Positions 1-12,894 of a stretch of DNA of 64,000 bases are shown here, one piece after another. The stretch is from Saccostrea cucullata (lineage: Eukaryota). Made by a program: the position numbers and the translations under genes. The stretch lies in NCBI RefSeq assembly GCF_032062105.1, contig NW_026923231.1:62001-126000 (forward strand), read 5' to 3'. How positions within the stretch are numbered: position 1 is the stretch's first letter; each line of letters starts with the position of its first letter. The notes beneath the pieces are model-generated. The model worked only from the letters and a program-made list of their open reading frames with translations. It was not told the DNA's origin and did not search any database.

Positions 1-247
1 CAAATAAAATATTTTCTAAAATATAACACCCAAAGGCACTTGTGACGTAACAAAAATATAACACCATCGCCTTATAAGTTATAGATAGTATGTTTAATGT
101 CAAGTGCTTGTGGAGATTGTATTTCATTAACTATTTTTCCCCTTCAATACTAGCACTTGCAAAGATCTAGGGCAAACGCGTATTTTTTTAAAGTAGAAAA
201 AGGGGCGGTGTCTATCTTCTATTATGGTTTTAGCAATGTATTAAGTA

Positions 248-620
248 GTTATATAAATATTGCATGTAGTTGAGTGTAACATTGAAAATTTTCACCCCAA
301 GAAAATCATTGTCAATCCGAGGCGCAGCCGAGGTTGACAATGGTTTTCGAGGGGTGAAAATTTTCAATGTTACACTCAACTACATGCAATATTTATTATA
401 TTATACTGAATGTTTTATACAAATACATATTACAGTGAACCGTGCGCGCATAAATTCCGCCGAGTTGCTATTTTTTATAATACCACCCGTCGTCAAGCAA
501 TGTTGACTGTTGTTCCGCAGGAGGACGTGACTTCATTATTCAGCGGGTAGTAGTGTTTTTTATCAAATGTTTCTGGACGAATCAGATTCAAGTAATCTAC
601 ATGAAAGTATAACATTAAAT
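248..620. mobile_element. Non-autonomous element with a ~145-bp internal palindrome; second copy at ~59935-60293
   Basis: Arms ATAAATATTGCATGTAGTTGAGTGTAACATTGAAAATTTTCACCCC... (253-) and their reverse complement (-396) flank a CCGAGGCGCAGCCGAGG loop. The whole ~370 bp recurs in intron 3 of gene D. Confidence 0.75.
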
Positions 621-2375
621 ATTATTCCATGGCTCCTTTCTAAACGTTATACAAAGAGTGAGCCCTTTTATTTTATCGTTTTCAATAAGTTTTCTGTTGT
701 CATGCCCCCCCCCCCCCCCATTCTCCACAATGTGCAAAATGAAGTTTTTTGGTCGTCAATTCAGTATCTTTATCACTGCTTCCATTTTAAAAATGATGGA
801 AAATTAAAAGCTTGTCCTGTATAGATATAGTGGGATTCAAAATATTTAAAGCACTTCATTGCAGTTAGATGACAATACATATACTGATTTTTCATTGTTT
901 ATTGTACATGTATTATGACTAGAATATTAAGTATAAATTCCACCTTTGAGTTCTCTAAATTAAAAATAATAAATATAATGCCGTTCAATTAATTTTCTGT
1001 ATTCTCCAATCATGAAAGTTTGCATTCATATACGTGTACGTATAACTGAAACATATTATTGACGTTGATGTCAAGTATAACGTGTACGTCAAAGTTACGC
1101 ATACACGTAGTTACGTCACTTGTAACTTAACCTCTTTATTATTTGTTTATATTTTTAGATTAAAGAACTTATATATTTTTTTACATAATTTTCTAAAGTT
1201 ACAAATTAACTTAAAACTTTTGCTGAATTGATAAGAGAACATTGTATTATCTGATTGACTTAACATATGTCTACATGAACTTTATTTAAAAAAAATGTTT
1301 CTCTGTACATTTTTTTTCTCACAATACGACTTCTTTCATGGTTTTTGATTCATTTCGGTTATATTTCTTATGTTAGTAAATTATACGAAGATAGTGTGCT
1401 TATGTTTAAAATACATGTAGTTCATTAGTATTTTGAAAGACTTATTGTGTGAACAAGAGATTTATCAGAAAAGCCTGTGTCGCCTCCATTTGAACGTCAT
1501 TATATCTCAGAGTGATCAGCTATAATTGTAAATCATCATAGTACATGCTGTGAGGCACAACATTGTTCTTTAGGATTTTGAGTGATTATTTGGGATAACA
1601 AGAATGTTCTGAGGAAAGATTGTGTTGCTTGTTTTTTTTTTACCAGTATTAAGTTTTTACAGTATTTAAAACATATTGTATTAACACAATTACGCCTTGT
1701 AGTTCACAATACGTTCTTTTTATTTATTAATGAACTCTTCAAGTTAGATGTGCGTTGGAAATTTTGCGGAAAAAGGAAAGAAAAATTCTTTATTTTTGCG
1801 AAAGTTGCTTTTTACGATCCTTGTATTTGATCAATTTCATTAAAACATGGTGTGTACATCGAATACGAAAAGGAATGTTTAGTTGAATACCTAAATTGTT
1901 GTCGTGGTTATTGAGACAGGTTTGCTGATGTCTTTCTAAAGAATTCAGTTTTACTAGCTTTGACGTCTTTGCATAAAAAATCAAAATGTAGGAAGTATTT
2001 AGATTCAGAACTACATGAATGTTAAATTGAAAAAAAAGGCAAAAGACAAACATGAATATTTTTCTCTACAAAAATTACTTTTTATCTTTTTGTTTGATGC
2101 TTATTAATTAACATTTTCCATTGTTTTTGTTTACTTCTTACTTGTGTGTGGTGGTAGTTTTGCGGTTGCTGTGATGGTGTTGGTGGTGGTGGAAGGATTA
2201 TTCAAACTAATAAACTAATGCCGCTTTTATTTATTGACTTTAAGATATTCAGTAAAACAGTTATTTGTACCATTGGGTTAAGACTAAGACGTTATAGAAA
2301 GGATGTTTAGTATATTTGTTTTTTTTCTCTTTGCTAGACGTTCATATAATACTTTTTATTTAATTGAATCAACAG

Positions 2376-3528
2376 GAATGCAAGAGAGTTTATGATGATT
2401 TACTGGAATGCTTGAAATTTGAACCCGAGCTTCAGAATCATTTGGACAGAGATCACTTTTTGGACCTTGCATTAACCGAGGACGATAACGAAGCAACACT
2501 ACTGAGAGTCGAAAAATGTCTTGCCTCTATTGCCTTGATGGACCGATGGAAAATAAATATACCAGATACTTGGGTTTACTGCGAGAACGCCCTTAGAAAA
2601 GTGAGAAAAAGAAAAATTCTTACTTTTTCAGAATTTTCTGAACAACTTTCAAATGGAAAATTTGACAAAGAAAATATCTTTGATTTGTTGCGCTTTTGCA
2701 CGGAAATAGGAACGATTTTGAATTTTAGAAAGGAACCTCTGACAGACCATATTATACCAAACGTTCAATGTTTTGCAGAAAGCTTCAGTAAAATGATAAC
2801 AAATCCAAAGTGTGCTCCAGACGAAATGAAAATCAATGAAAATTGCCAATACTCAATCGATGGGGGTTATATATCATACGACTTTTTAAATCGAATTTTG
2901 GAAAAGGAGATGGACGTTGAAGAAATAAAATCAACTTTAAGGTATATGCAACACCTAGGATTGATAGTAGTAGGTGACACGGCTCATTATGTCCCTTGTT
3001 TAAACAAACTAGATTTTGGAGAAGACGTAAAACAAAGTATCTCGTCTTTGAGCGATAGAACATCTGTTTTGGTTTTTAATTTTAAATTGTCGCCACACTG
3101 CTTTTATTATCGGCTGATTGCTGCTTGTATGGCAGATCCAAGATGGTCTGTTGTTCAGGATAGTGGATTGAAATATCTCTTCAAAAATCTAGCATGTTTC
3201 AAATTCAAAGATCATATTATTGTCCTTACTCTCACACGAACCACTATTCAAGCTCAGATATTTAGGGAAGGCAATCCGCTGTGTCCAAAGAGAACACAGA
3301 TAATACGAAATCATATAGAAGAATGCCTGAAAACAAAAGAATGCTCTCAAAAGAAGTTTTATACAGTTGGCTATCAGTGTTCAGAACAGGACGTTTTTGA
3401 AGAAAAACTATCGTGTTTTCTTTTGGAAAGCTACATTGATGGAAAAGGCAAGTTCGATTGCCCCCAACATGAGACGGAGGGCCACCATTTTATACATGAA
3501 AACGATCTGCTTCGTTTTTGGAAAGTCA
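2376..3528 (+). CDS. Large internal exon of a ROCO-family protein (end of Roc plus COR domain and Cys/His-rich C-terminal segment); 5' exons not seen in the window
   Basis: The 390-codon ORF is the only long ORF in the window. Acceptor aacag|GAA at 2376. COR-type motifs 'W..IP..W...E..L' and 'LRF..EIG.IL.F....L...II...Q.F...F..MI', then 'FYYRLIAAC' and 'YQC...CPQH...H....LLRFW'. Donor is A|gtaagt after 3528 (phase 1), or AAA|gtcagt after 3524. Confidence 0.8.
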
Positions 3529-4880
3529 GTAAGTAACTTTTATAAGAAAGAGATTTAGAAACAAGCGTACCAGAGATGACTACTTAATGTAAATATACAT
3601 CTGTTGATTTTTTTTATAAAGAAAAACATCGTGAAGATTGAAATTAAAAAAACCCTCAAGAAATCGCCGACAATAGACTGATCTCCACGGGATAATCAAA
3701 TGATTGTTTACCTCTTTTGAATTATAATTCCGTAATCATCTAGAGTTTACCTTTGTTTTGGTATAATATGTTAATGGACTAATCCCTGTGTGTTAGTCAA
3801 GCCGACAAATCTCCGCTGCTTAATATTATCCGTAGTCCTCTATTTCTAATACTTTTGTATCGATATTCTAAAACGTAAAAGTATATCATTGCATAAGGCA
3901 GTTCATGAAACTATTTCTGTCGACAACACCTCCGGAAATAGTCTTAGGCTTGGTGAACTGGAGACTTTTTCACTCCCTCAATGTTATACTTTAACTGTAA
4001 AATAATAAATCAATTGAAACACATGCAGCATAGTTCAGTTCTTACACTGGAGAATGGGTAATATATATAGGTAATAGGTAATATTTATAGACTTTTTCCT
4101 GTAATCATTAGGTAAAATTTAATGTATTTTGGAAATATCTGTCATTTTCTGATTTACATGTATTAGTAAAATTGCATTATTCTACTATTATTATAACCTC
4201 ATGTTATTATATCAATAAAACGAATAAATTATATTACATGATGCCAGATCGCGTTTCGCTGAGATTTCTTCGTCAGCTTATGGTCTTTCTTGCTGACCTT
4301 CCAAGAGGTTAGAATTTTTAATAAGATATAAATAAGATTTTCTTAAAAGTATGTTTACACTGTATAGAAGTGAACGCAGAGTGAGACCATATACCTTACC
4401 CATGAAGATGGAATAAAAAATGACCCCAATCCTGAAAATCTGACAAGCCAAAAACTTTTACGAAAGTAATAAACATAAAACAAAAAATAGAGAATCTCAA
4501 AATGAAAAGAATAGAAAAAATATCAATGATAGTCAAAATCCTGGAATTCGACATTACAGCAGTAAAAGTTCCTCACCAGCACGTTCTACGAGCTTTAATC
4601 CTTGTAGTGCACTTCTTTCTTTGCTGTCATGGAGCATTTTACAAAAGAATCTTTTTACAATTCTAGTTTTTCTAATATATTTTATTTTAAATGCAGAAAT
4701 CATCTTTTCCCTTGAATAAATGCATGCGTAATAAATGTCATGGATTGTCAATACGAATAAAACATTCTCGAAAACAAAATAATAAACAGCCAAAAAATGT
4801 TAAGTTCTATGTTAAACTGATAACACTTCAAACATGATAAAATTCGGGATTTATGTATTATTAGAAGGCAAAGCTGTTAT

Positions 4881-5009
4881 NNNNNNNNNNNNNNNNNNNN
4901 NNNNNNNNNNNNNNNNNNNNNNNNNNNNNNNNNNNNNNNNNNNNNNNNNNNNNNNNNNNNNNNNNNNNNNNNNNNNNNNNNNNNNNNNNNNNNNNNNNNN
5001 NNNNNNNNN
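4881..5009. other. Assembly gap (129 N) inside a ROCO intron
   Basis: Run of N. Confidence 0.99.
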
Positions 5010-5931
5010 AAGAACTTACATGACAAATTTTTATATAAAGTTCAATCTCAAATCTCTAGAAAGAAAAAAAATTATTTTTCTCAAATTGCGTTTCGTGAAA
5101 CAGTATACATGTTTTACCGTTACAAGCCTGGTCACTCAATGTAATGTCTTTCTTTCTCTCAAGCCGTGTAGAACGAATGCCACAAATTATTCTGAAATAT
5201 ATCCCCTTCGAAAGTAAGCAATATTATTGTAAGATTGCCTAGGTATCTCTCCGTTGTCTGTCTGCTGTTTTGTCCGTCTGTAATAATTTTGTTTCCATAC
5301 GATATCTCCGAAAGCCTTTGAGCTCTTGCAATTAAATTTCGCATGACTAATTTCTCTGGGCTATAGAAAACATCTATTGATCTTTGGATCAAAATATTCA
5401 GTAAAGGCTAGACTAGATTAGAAAATTCGTTGTGTAAACTTTTGACTTTGTAGAACGTAATGCAAACATCTTTATTTGACTACGAATAAGCTATCAAATC
5501 TTTATACCGTATAAGCAATATTTTTAACGAGGATTCTGAGATCGCTAAAATTAAATATGGCTAAAAATAAACTGTGTTTAATTTGTATTAGCTTCATTAT
5601 TGAGCATCTTAAAATCGCAAAAAATTACTTTAATTTTAACATTTTTTTTTATTTTAAAAGTTTAAACATTCAATTATACTGAAATCACCCCCTTCCAGTC
5701 AGCGCATGCTACTCTTTCTTTCCTGAGGTAGAGTACAAGGATTCCCTGGATTATTTCGTTTAATTTACTTTTAATTGTCCAAATTTTAAGATAAAACTAA
5801 ATTGTCATTTACATATTATAAAGACACGAAGTTAATTAATTAATTCTCTTTTATTCGAAATAAATCTATGAACACAGAAATTTGGTGCATTTACTTAAAA
5901 AAAAAAAAGAATGGTTATTCTTTTTTGGCAG

Positions 5932-5991
5932 ATACTTCAATGGACGAAGATGGTGGGAAAGGATCAAAAGAAGCAAGAAAACAATCCCTAG
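5932..5991 (+). CDS. 60-bp symmetric (phase 1-1) exon of the ROCO gene, xTSMDEDGGKGSKEARKQSL
   Basis: tcttttttggcag|ATACTTC...CCCTAG|gtaaaa. The frame is open and the phase fits the donor after 3528 and both downstream acceptors. Confidence 0.65.
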   Translation: MLQWTKMVGKDQKKQENNP

Positions 5992-6074
5992 GTAAAATTA
6001 TTTATCAAAAATAATCCGTTTTTCAATTAAACTGTAAGAAATCTTAATTTTAAGTTATTTTTTTTATTTTCTAG

Positions 6075-6103
6075 AAGATGAAGACTGTAATATCATTCCT
6101 TAA
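6075..6103 (+). CDS. Candidate short alternative terminal exon of ROCO gene (EDEDCNIIP*)
   Basis: Strong polypyrimidine acceptor ttttttattttctag|AAG, phase 1. The paralogous copy at 53426-53454 reads EDQDCNIIP* with a synonymous AAT/AAC change. Confidence 0.45.
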
Positions 6104-6426
6104 TAGTTAAGAAATAATTTTGTTACTTGATGACCTAGTTCATAGATACATGTAACAAAGTGTCCCAGTGTTGATTGTAGTGAGTTATATGCAAGTAATG
6201 GTTCACTTAAGCTTACGTGTTTCAATGGGACCTCAGTGTATTATTTAAAGTTGTAGGAGTAATAAAGGGGAGGGGAGGTGTGTAAATATAGCACCAAATA
6301 TAATATTTCAAGGGCTAAGATTAGTAAGGCTAGTTTTGCATGGGCTTCATCAATTATATACTATCTGAATGAATATTATTAATTATCTTTGCTTGATTTA
6401 AAGGAGTTAATAATACATGCATTTAG

Positions 6427-6617
6427 AAGTCTGTAGTTTAGAAGAAAATCCAGAAGAAATGATATATAAACTCATTATAGGTGGGTACGTCGTTCAGAAT
6501 GCCATTCCAGAATCCATGGTGGATCTACTAGCCAATCTAGAGTCGCAGATTGATAAAGTTAACTTGACCATAAAGGCCATAAGAAAGCATTACCCGGAGG
6601 ACGATTCAGCCTGTTAA
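6427..6617 (+). CDS. Candidate long terminal exon of ROCO gene (EVCSLEE...DDSAC*), with a coiled-coil-like segment
   Basis: catttag|AAGTCTGT, phase 1. The ORF track shows the frame open. The paralogue at 53783-53976 keeps the frame across a 3-bp indel and stops at the same position. Confidence 0.6.
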
Positions 6618-7592
6618 GGAAATTTTTTTCAACGATATAATTTCCTGCGCTGTGTCTAAAATAGTTGTGCTATTTTAGATGCTTTCTTGTTTAAGTTGTT
6701 GGAAACAAGCCTCTTGTGATGTGATGTTTTTTACTAGATTATAAGATAAATTGCCAAAAATCGACATACAAAAAATCTGATACCGACAATTTATTTCATG
6801 TGTTTGTTCATATTTCAATTTCAATAATAATTAACAGAATTGAAATACTGATGTAGAATATTTTGTACATAGGAAAAATATATTGGAACTATAAGAAATC
6901 ATTGTTGTTCTGAAATTTCGACAAATGCGAAGTAGTTTTTCAATTTTTGATTAAGTTTGTTATGGATGTAGTCAAAACTGATTTTTTGTGACCTTTTATC
7001 CACCGGGTAAATCAAAAGATTTGTGTTCACATCTCTCATAATTTATGTATATTTACCATGTTTACATTCTGAAATAATGTATGTTATGCTGATTGCCCCA
7101 AGAATGCTTAAAAGTGTTTAATTACCGAGTTTCAGAAGAAAATGTAAATTGTTTTTAAAAATGATAGAAAAATTTTTTACTGTAAATTGTGTAAGACAGT
7201 TCCTTTGAAGGCAGAGACTTTTTTTTTTATTTAAATGACTTTTTCATTCAATAGTTGCAAACATGCAAAATGTAAATGGCTTAAATTTTCCTTTTTTTCA
7301 CTTTTACCGAATGCTATTGATCTTGATTGAAAGGCATTTCTGATTTATTTCCTTTGGAGAAAATATGTACTAATATCAGCATTGGTCTCTTCTTCAGTTT
7401 ATAAATAGTGCATTAATTGAAATATCAGATTAGACATGAATTTAGGAGATATCAAAGGAAATTGCGTTTCTTTTCGTCCAGTGATGCTAGTATTAAAAAG
7501 TTGTTAAATTTAAGCTAATGCCATCCATGTATGATGTCATAGGCTTTTGCAAAAATGTATTAGTAAAGTCTAATAGAACAATATCTTTTGAA

Positions 7593-7650
7593 TTGATTGA
7601 TTTTGTTGATTATCACCAAGTCTGCAATATTTCAGCCATATTTCGGCGGA
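7593..7650 (-). mobile_element. 5'-truncated retroposon 3' end with 12-bp TSD
   Basis: AATATCTTTTGA occurs on both sides, with a (GATT)n-like tail. The insert is absent from the paralogous site near 54625. Confidence 0.6.
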
Positions 7651-7684
7651 AATATCTTTTGATACATGTAGAATGCTTGGGATA

Positions 7685-8010
7685 AATTGATTAATTGTAT
7701 ATTGTTTTACGTCCCATGCGAGAATTTTTCACTCATGTAGAGACTTCACCATATACCAGTGAAGGGCTTCTTATTCTGTTCTTTGCATGGCACTCAGCGC
7801 CATTGAGCAGTGGGAGTTCTTTACCATTCCAACGCCTACCGTGACACGGGAATCGGTTTTTAAGGTCTCATAGGAAGGATCCGCAACTTTCACTTCAAAT
7901 AGCGAGCGCATGGCGAAGGAACAGTTGCTTTCCAAATTTTATCGACTAAGGTCAGTCGCGTCCAAGATTCGAACTCACGACCTACCCATCACTGAGCAAG
8001 CGCTCTACCG
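7685..8010 (-). mobile_element. tRNA-derived SINE (Meta/Deu-domain type); its head is interrupted by the element at 8011-8897
   Basis: Reverse-complement similarity to the SINE at 42130-42395. B-box-like GATTCGAACTC on the opposite strand; (ATTG)n-like tail. Confidence 0.8.
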
Positions 8011-8897
8011 CGCAGTTATGATAAGGCTGTCCGAGGGCTTAAAATGTCCTAAAACATACATTTTATTTTGAGCTAGATTTAAATTTCAATATGTTTTCCT
8101 TGTTGGAAATTGCAGTAAACTTGAGGTAACAGTTTAATCAGATGTTATAATTAAGCATTTCTGTGATGTCAGATGACTGTGTTGATCACGTGACGGACAT
8201 TTTTGATATTCTTAAATGTTGCACAAAATCGCATCGGTACAAGTGCATAAAACAATTATTGTGCAAAGTTTGTTATGTAGATCAATTCATCGTGATCCAT
8301 GGTACTTAAAAAGTGCTGGGGGCGGGTTTTATTTTTTCTTCTTAAGAAAATATTTTACGATAAATTAAAATTACCAACGTAAGAAGGGGTATTTTCCACT
8401 CATCGCGATTTATACAAAAGCGGATAAAATACATACGATCCCCCAGCAAAGTTCAGTTAGAAGACATACTTCTCTTTTAGATTCACGCAAAATAACTTCA
8501 ATTTATCCTCGTCTTTCACTTGTGCCAGTCCAATATAAACACGATTCATAAATTCTAACTCTGTCTACGGAAGTGTAAGGGGAGCGTTTCAAACATAATT
8601 GCTTGAATATATGCATATCGGACAAACAAAAGGAAAAGAGATATTTAAATATCAAATGTTAAACATTATAACAGCACACACAAGCTTAAAAAACAAACCT
8701 TACTCTTGAATTAAACACAAATCCCCATAATAGATCTACATGCCGTATAATAATTATGACACTTTCCCCGTCATGTCAGCTCAAGTATGCAGTTACTTGA
8801 CGTCATATTCTATTATGACGTCAGATCTAGGTAGTTCAGAGAAGTTACTACAGTTTGAACAGTTCGATATTTTACGGGCAGCCTTATCCTAGCTGCG
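8011..8897. mobile_element. Non-autonomous TIR element, CGCAG-terminus family (EnSpm/CMC-like), 2-bp TSD CG
   Basis: Left end CGCAGTTATGATAAGGCTGTCC, right end GGGCAGCCTTATCCTAGCTGCG, CG on both flanks. It splits the SINE head (ctctaccg|...|cgactgag). Confidence 0.75.
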
Positions 8898-10395
8898 CGA
8901 CTGAGGTATGTTTTGGAAGAATGCTTTTAAACAAATCTAATGATAAATGCATGTGTTGTTATAGGTAAAAAAAATTTAAGTATATGTATTTTCGATTTTT
9001 AATCAATTATTCATTTTATGAGAAATTTAATAAAAGGTAAAAACTCCTTCTCATTTCTTTTTTAATCAAGTATTAAAATTTTTTTTTTTTTACTTCTCAT
9101 ATAAAATAGTTACAGTGATATTGACAATTGTATCTCATAAATAGCAAATGTTTAGGAAATTTCAGCATCAGAATTATGCATTAAAACAGCTATTTACATG
9201 ATTTTTTTTAAAGTGGCACAGTAAGGCACAAAGGGGAAAGTTGACAAATGTAGAATTTTCGCAAGACCTCTGTAAATTTTGTTCAATTCCTTAAAGTATT
9301 AAGTTTCAGAAAATTACAGGTTTCAGAACCTAAAAATTTAAATTTTATGGGGAAAAATAAAAGTAAAAATAATTTCTGTCTGCCCCAGAACGAAAATATT
9401 GCAAAATACCCTGGTACTTCTTCCTCCCTATTTTACGCGTGCGCAGAAAAGTGTTGAATAACTTTCCATAGTAACCATGGTCTCAGGTATCCACGAATGA
9501 ATATAAGTAGACCAAAAAATTTGATGTAATCTTTTTAAAAAGTTGTTAGAACATATTTCTCACCTTTGCACACTCCAGTTGAATTTTGTTTGAGGTAAGT
9601 TTGAGGTAAAAATAAGAGTAGCGTGACCCAGACATATACGAAACAACGAAACGGTAGATACAACCTTTGTTTTTCCGGCACTTATATTGTGCAGTCAATT
9701 CTTGCAGTTTAATTGTCATCTCTTCGCCATATACTCATAATTTTCGTAAGTCTTTCTCTGTATGCTACAGATATCTTAAAATTTAGATATGATTTTTACT
9801 CACTGTGCTGCTTTAATGTTATCATATTCGCCTCTTTATCTCAAGAGGGGGTATCTCAAAATACCACAAATTAACAATGTTTCCAAGTTTTTTTTGTACA
9901 ACAGGAAGGACACGAAGGAATGATACAAAAAGTAGTTAAAACAGTGGAGAGACTCTCGAATTTCTGTTTTTAATTCCAAAAGCATATATTTATCATTTTT
10001 TTCTTTTCTAATATTTCTTTAATCCTTCTTTAATTGTTTTACGTTATCCTATTGTATAGAACGCACGTTAATGACGTTATCTACCAATCAAATGAAAAAT
10101 CGTTTTTAAAATCAATATTATAAAAAATAATTTAACTTTTCAGCCGGTAAATTGTAATTGTTGCGTTTTTTTATTCAGTTAAAAAATTGCTTTTAAATCT
10201 AAACACGCTTCATTTTCGACTATTCACGAAATAATACTGCCTTAAAAGCCCTTCAGTCAATCAAATAAATTTCATCATCTGCATATTTAAATTTATGTCC
10301 TGAACTAAAAGCATATACTTAATAGTCGTATTCTATAAATAATTATATGAACTATGCACTTTAGGAAATTGAGCTTTCGTATTCTATTTCAATGT

Positions 10396-10700
10396 GTCGC
10401 CCGCGTGGCGCAGTGATTAGAGCGTCTGCTCTAGAGTCGCGAAGTAAGGAGTCAATCCTTACGTCCTGGGTTTGAATTCCATAGTGGGACGTGGAGACCG
10501 GTCCTTAGGATGAGACCGTATAAACCGAGGTGCCGTGTCACAGTAGGTGCTGGCACGAAAAAGATCCCTCTCTTCTCAAAGGCCCTGAGTGCCTAGTATA
10601 GGACAAATATTTACAGCTCTCCACCGGCGAGTGGTGATGTCTCTATTTGAGTGAAAAATTCTTGCGAGGGACGTTAAACAATAAACATTCAATCAATTAA
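10396..10700 (+). mobile_element. Full-length tRNA-derived SINE with 13-bp TSD
   Basis: A-box GTGGCGCAGTGA, B-box-like GGGTTTGAATTCC, Deu/Nin-like core GGATGAGACCGTATAAACCGAGG, (CAAT)n-like tail. TSD TCTATTTCAATGT at 10383-10395 and 10701-10713. Empty site in the paralogue near 57060. Confidence 0.9.
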
Positions 10701-12894
10701 TCTATTTCAATGTAAGGTGATTCACTGTTGCGTTAATAAGATAAGAGTTACTTGTCTGGTCTTACAGAAACACATGAAATTGATTCCAATTTATTTATAA
10801 TGACATTCGTTTGAAAAAAAACATATTTCATTTATTTGATTTTACTAGGGTAATATTGATAATTTTTTATTTTAAGAGACAATATATGTATTTTAGATAA
10901 AAATTAATTCGATAATGGTTTAGTCTTTTCCTAATAAAGTTTGGAAGTTTGCGGTTGTGTTTATTCTTGGTGAAAACTACACCTTTCCGTCGCATTAGAG
11001 TAAAATAAAGCTAAATATGTAAGTCACGATGATGTGTAAAATCTCAACAAGGAAAATATTTTCTTGATGTGTACATTAATCAGCTGTTCCCCGTTGTTGA
11101 GATACTTTTTATTAGAAATCGTTCAAGGATTAAACTTTCAGAAAGTTACGTACTATGCATACTTCAAAATATCCTAGATAATATTATACGTAAAGTAAAC
11201 ATCTAAAGGTAATTTTAAGTGAAATTGTAGTTAACCTGAACATGTTCTACCTCTTGTTACAACTAAATTTGTTCTTTAAAGTATTAGATACAAAATGCGT
11301 TCGAGAACTAACAGTTTGCATTTTATAATTTGTAAGATATACTATTCGTAGAAATGTTGAACATGTTCATTATTTCATTATTTGAGACGAATAAAAAAAA
11401 ATTAATTATCACAATTAATTTTATCCTTCCTAGTACACAAATCAAGATATAAATGTAAAGTTTCGTTAGATCAGTTTATTGCCTGCCATCACGGCGTCAG
11501 GCTGTATAAGGATTAATATTTCCATAATCAGAAACTATATGATCAAACCTAGAAAGCTGGATTTTGTGCAAACTGATCAACACTTAAATTCTTTCCTTGC
11601 ACTTAAAAAAATTTTTTCAGAAAAAAAATTAATATTTACTAATGTAAAATAATGCAGTGTTTACTTCCTGTAGTCTCTTTGCATGGAACAGATTATTCAG
11701 TATAATTCACCATTTCAACATGTCCATGTATCTTTTTTTTTCTACATTTCAGTACTACTGGACCAGTCCATTAATATTCTACGCAAGGGGTGAATTGCTC
11801 TTTTCGAGCTAAATGTCACTAGTAAGCTACCCTTGCGCCTTTTCCCAGGATTATTCTATTGTGTAAATGGATGTGGTAATATCCATGGAATTAGATGAAG
11901 TTTGTTCTTTTAACTTCCTTTTAATACTTCAGAAAATCTATCTTTAAGTTTTATCTCATTTTTTAAACAGATCTTAGTATATATCAGTTAATGGATATGC
12001 AACACTAAAGAAATGCATTTCAATTTATTTTTCGATCCTGCGGTTGGTTTATTCCATAAATGAACTAGTACAATTATAATAAGCAATAAACGCAGTTCAA
12101 CAAATAATGAACTTCAGATGCATGATTTATCATATGTCTCTGTTCAGATGTACGCAATAAATAAGAAACTATGGATTTTTTCCCCAAGAAGGCCTGAATA
12201 TTGAATTTACTTACTTCATCCTCAATATATGATAGTGGCACCCTTTTTAAAAAAAAAAAAACACCCATTAATGAACACACATTACTGTTGTATATTTCAG
12301 TGGAGAACACACACTCTAGATAATTAATTATATCCATCTTTAAAAATGTTAACAGTGCATATTTTGATAACAGGTTTTATAATAGGTGTATAAAGAAGCA
12401 TTCAATTTAGATCCCAGGACAGATCACTCAATTTCCATAAAAATCCCACAGAATAACAACTCTTTAGTATGCAATATAAAGACGATTTTTCTACAAGTTA
12501 AATAACATTAAGGAATTTACCATCAAGGAATACATTTACACAAGGTTCTGAAAAAATAAAGTAGGAACATATTCAAAAACCACAAACGTTATGCTAAAAA
12601 ATTATAAATCACACCTCATGCATAATTTCATTATTTCAGATGCAATTATATTGGGGTCCATTGCTCAAAAGGACAAAGTCTGAAAGTCTATTAAGAAAAG
12701 ACAGATAAGGGTAAATACTGCTAAGTATGCACATTTTGAAATTACTCCTTCTGATATTTTGATATCGTATATCTAGCATTAAGCATAAATATAAATCATA
12801 AAAAGACCTGTAGGGTAGCTCTCGAAAAGAAGAAAAATGATAAAAATACAAAAAGAGTCCTGTCTTTAAAGTAAATATATAATGTTTGTGAATT

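Noticed and set aside
270-506. 78-aa ORF
   Set aside because: Lies within a palindromic dispersed repeat and has no protein similarity I can recognise.
4834-5217. 127-aa ORF
   Set aside because: Artefact of reading through the N gap.
5661-5727. Possible extra ROCO exon (aaag|TTTAAAC...CTGAG|gtagag)
   Set aside because: Stops occur in all three frames from that acceptor.
10396-10475. tRNA-like sequence
   Set aside because: It is the head of a SINE with core, tail and a 13-bp TSD, and has no intact cloverleaf.
12498-12547. Possible fifth exon of gene A (ttttttcag|AACCTTG...)
   Set aside because: No phase-compatible donor was found in exon 4 and the region is missing from paralogue D.
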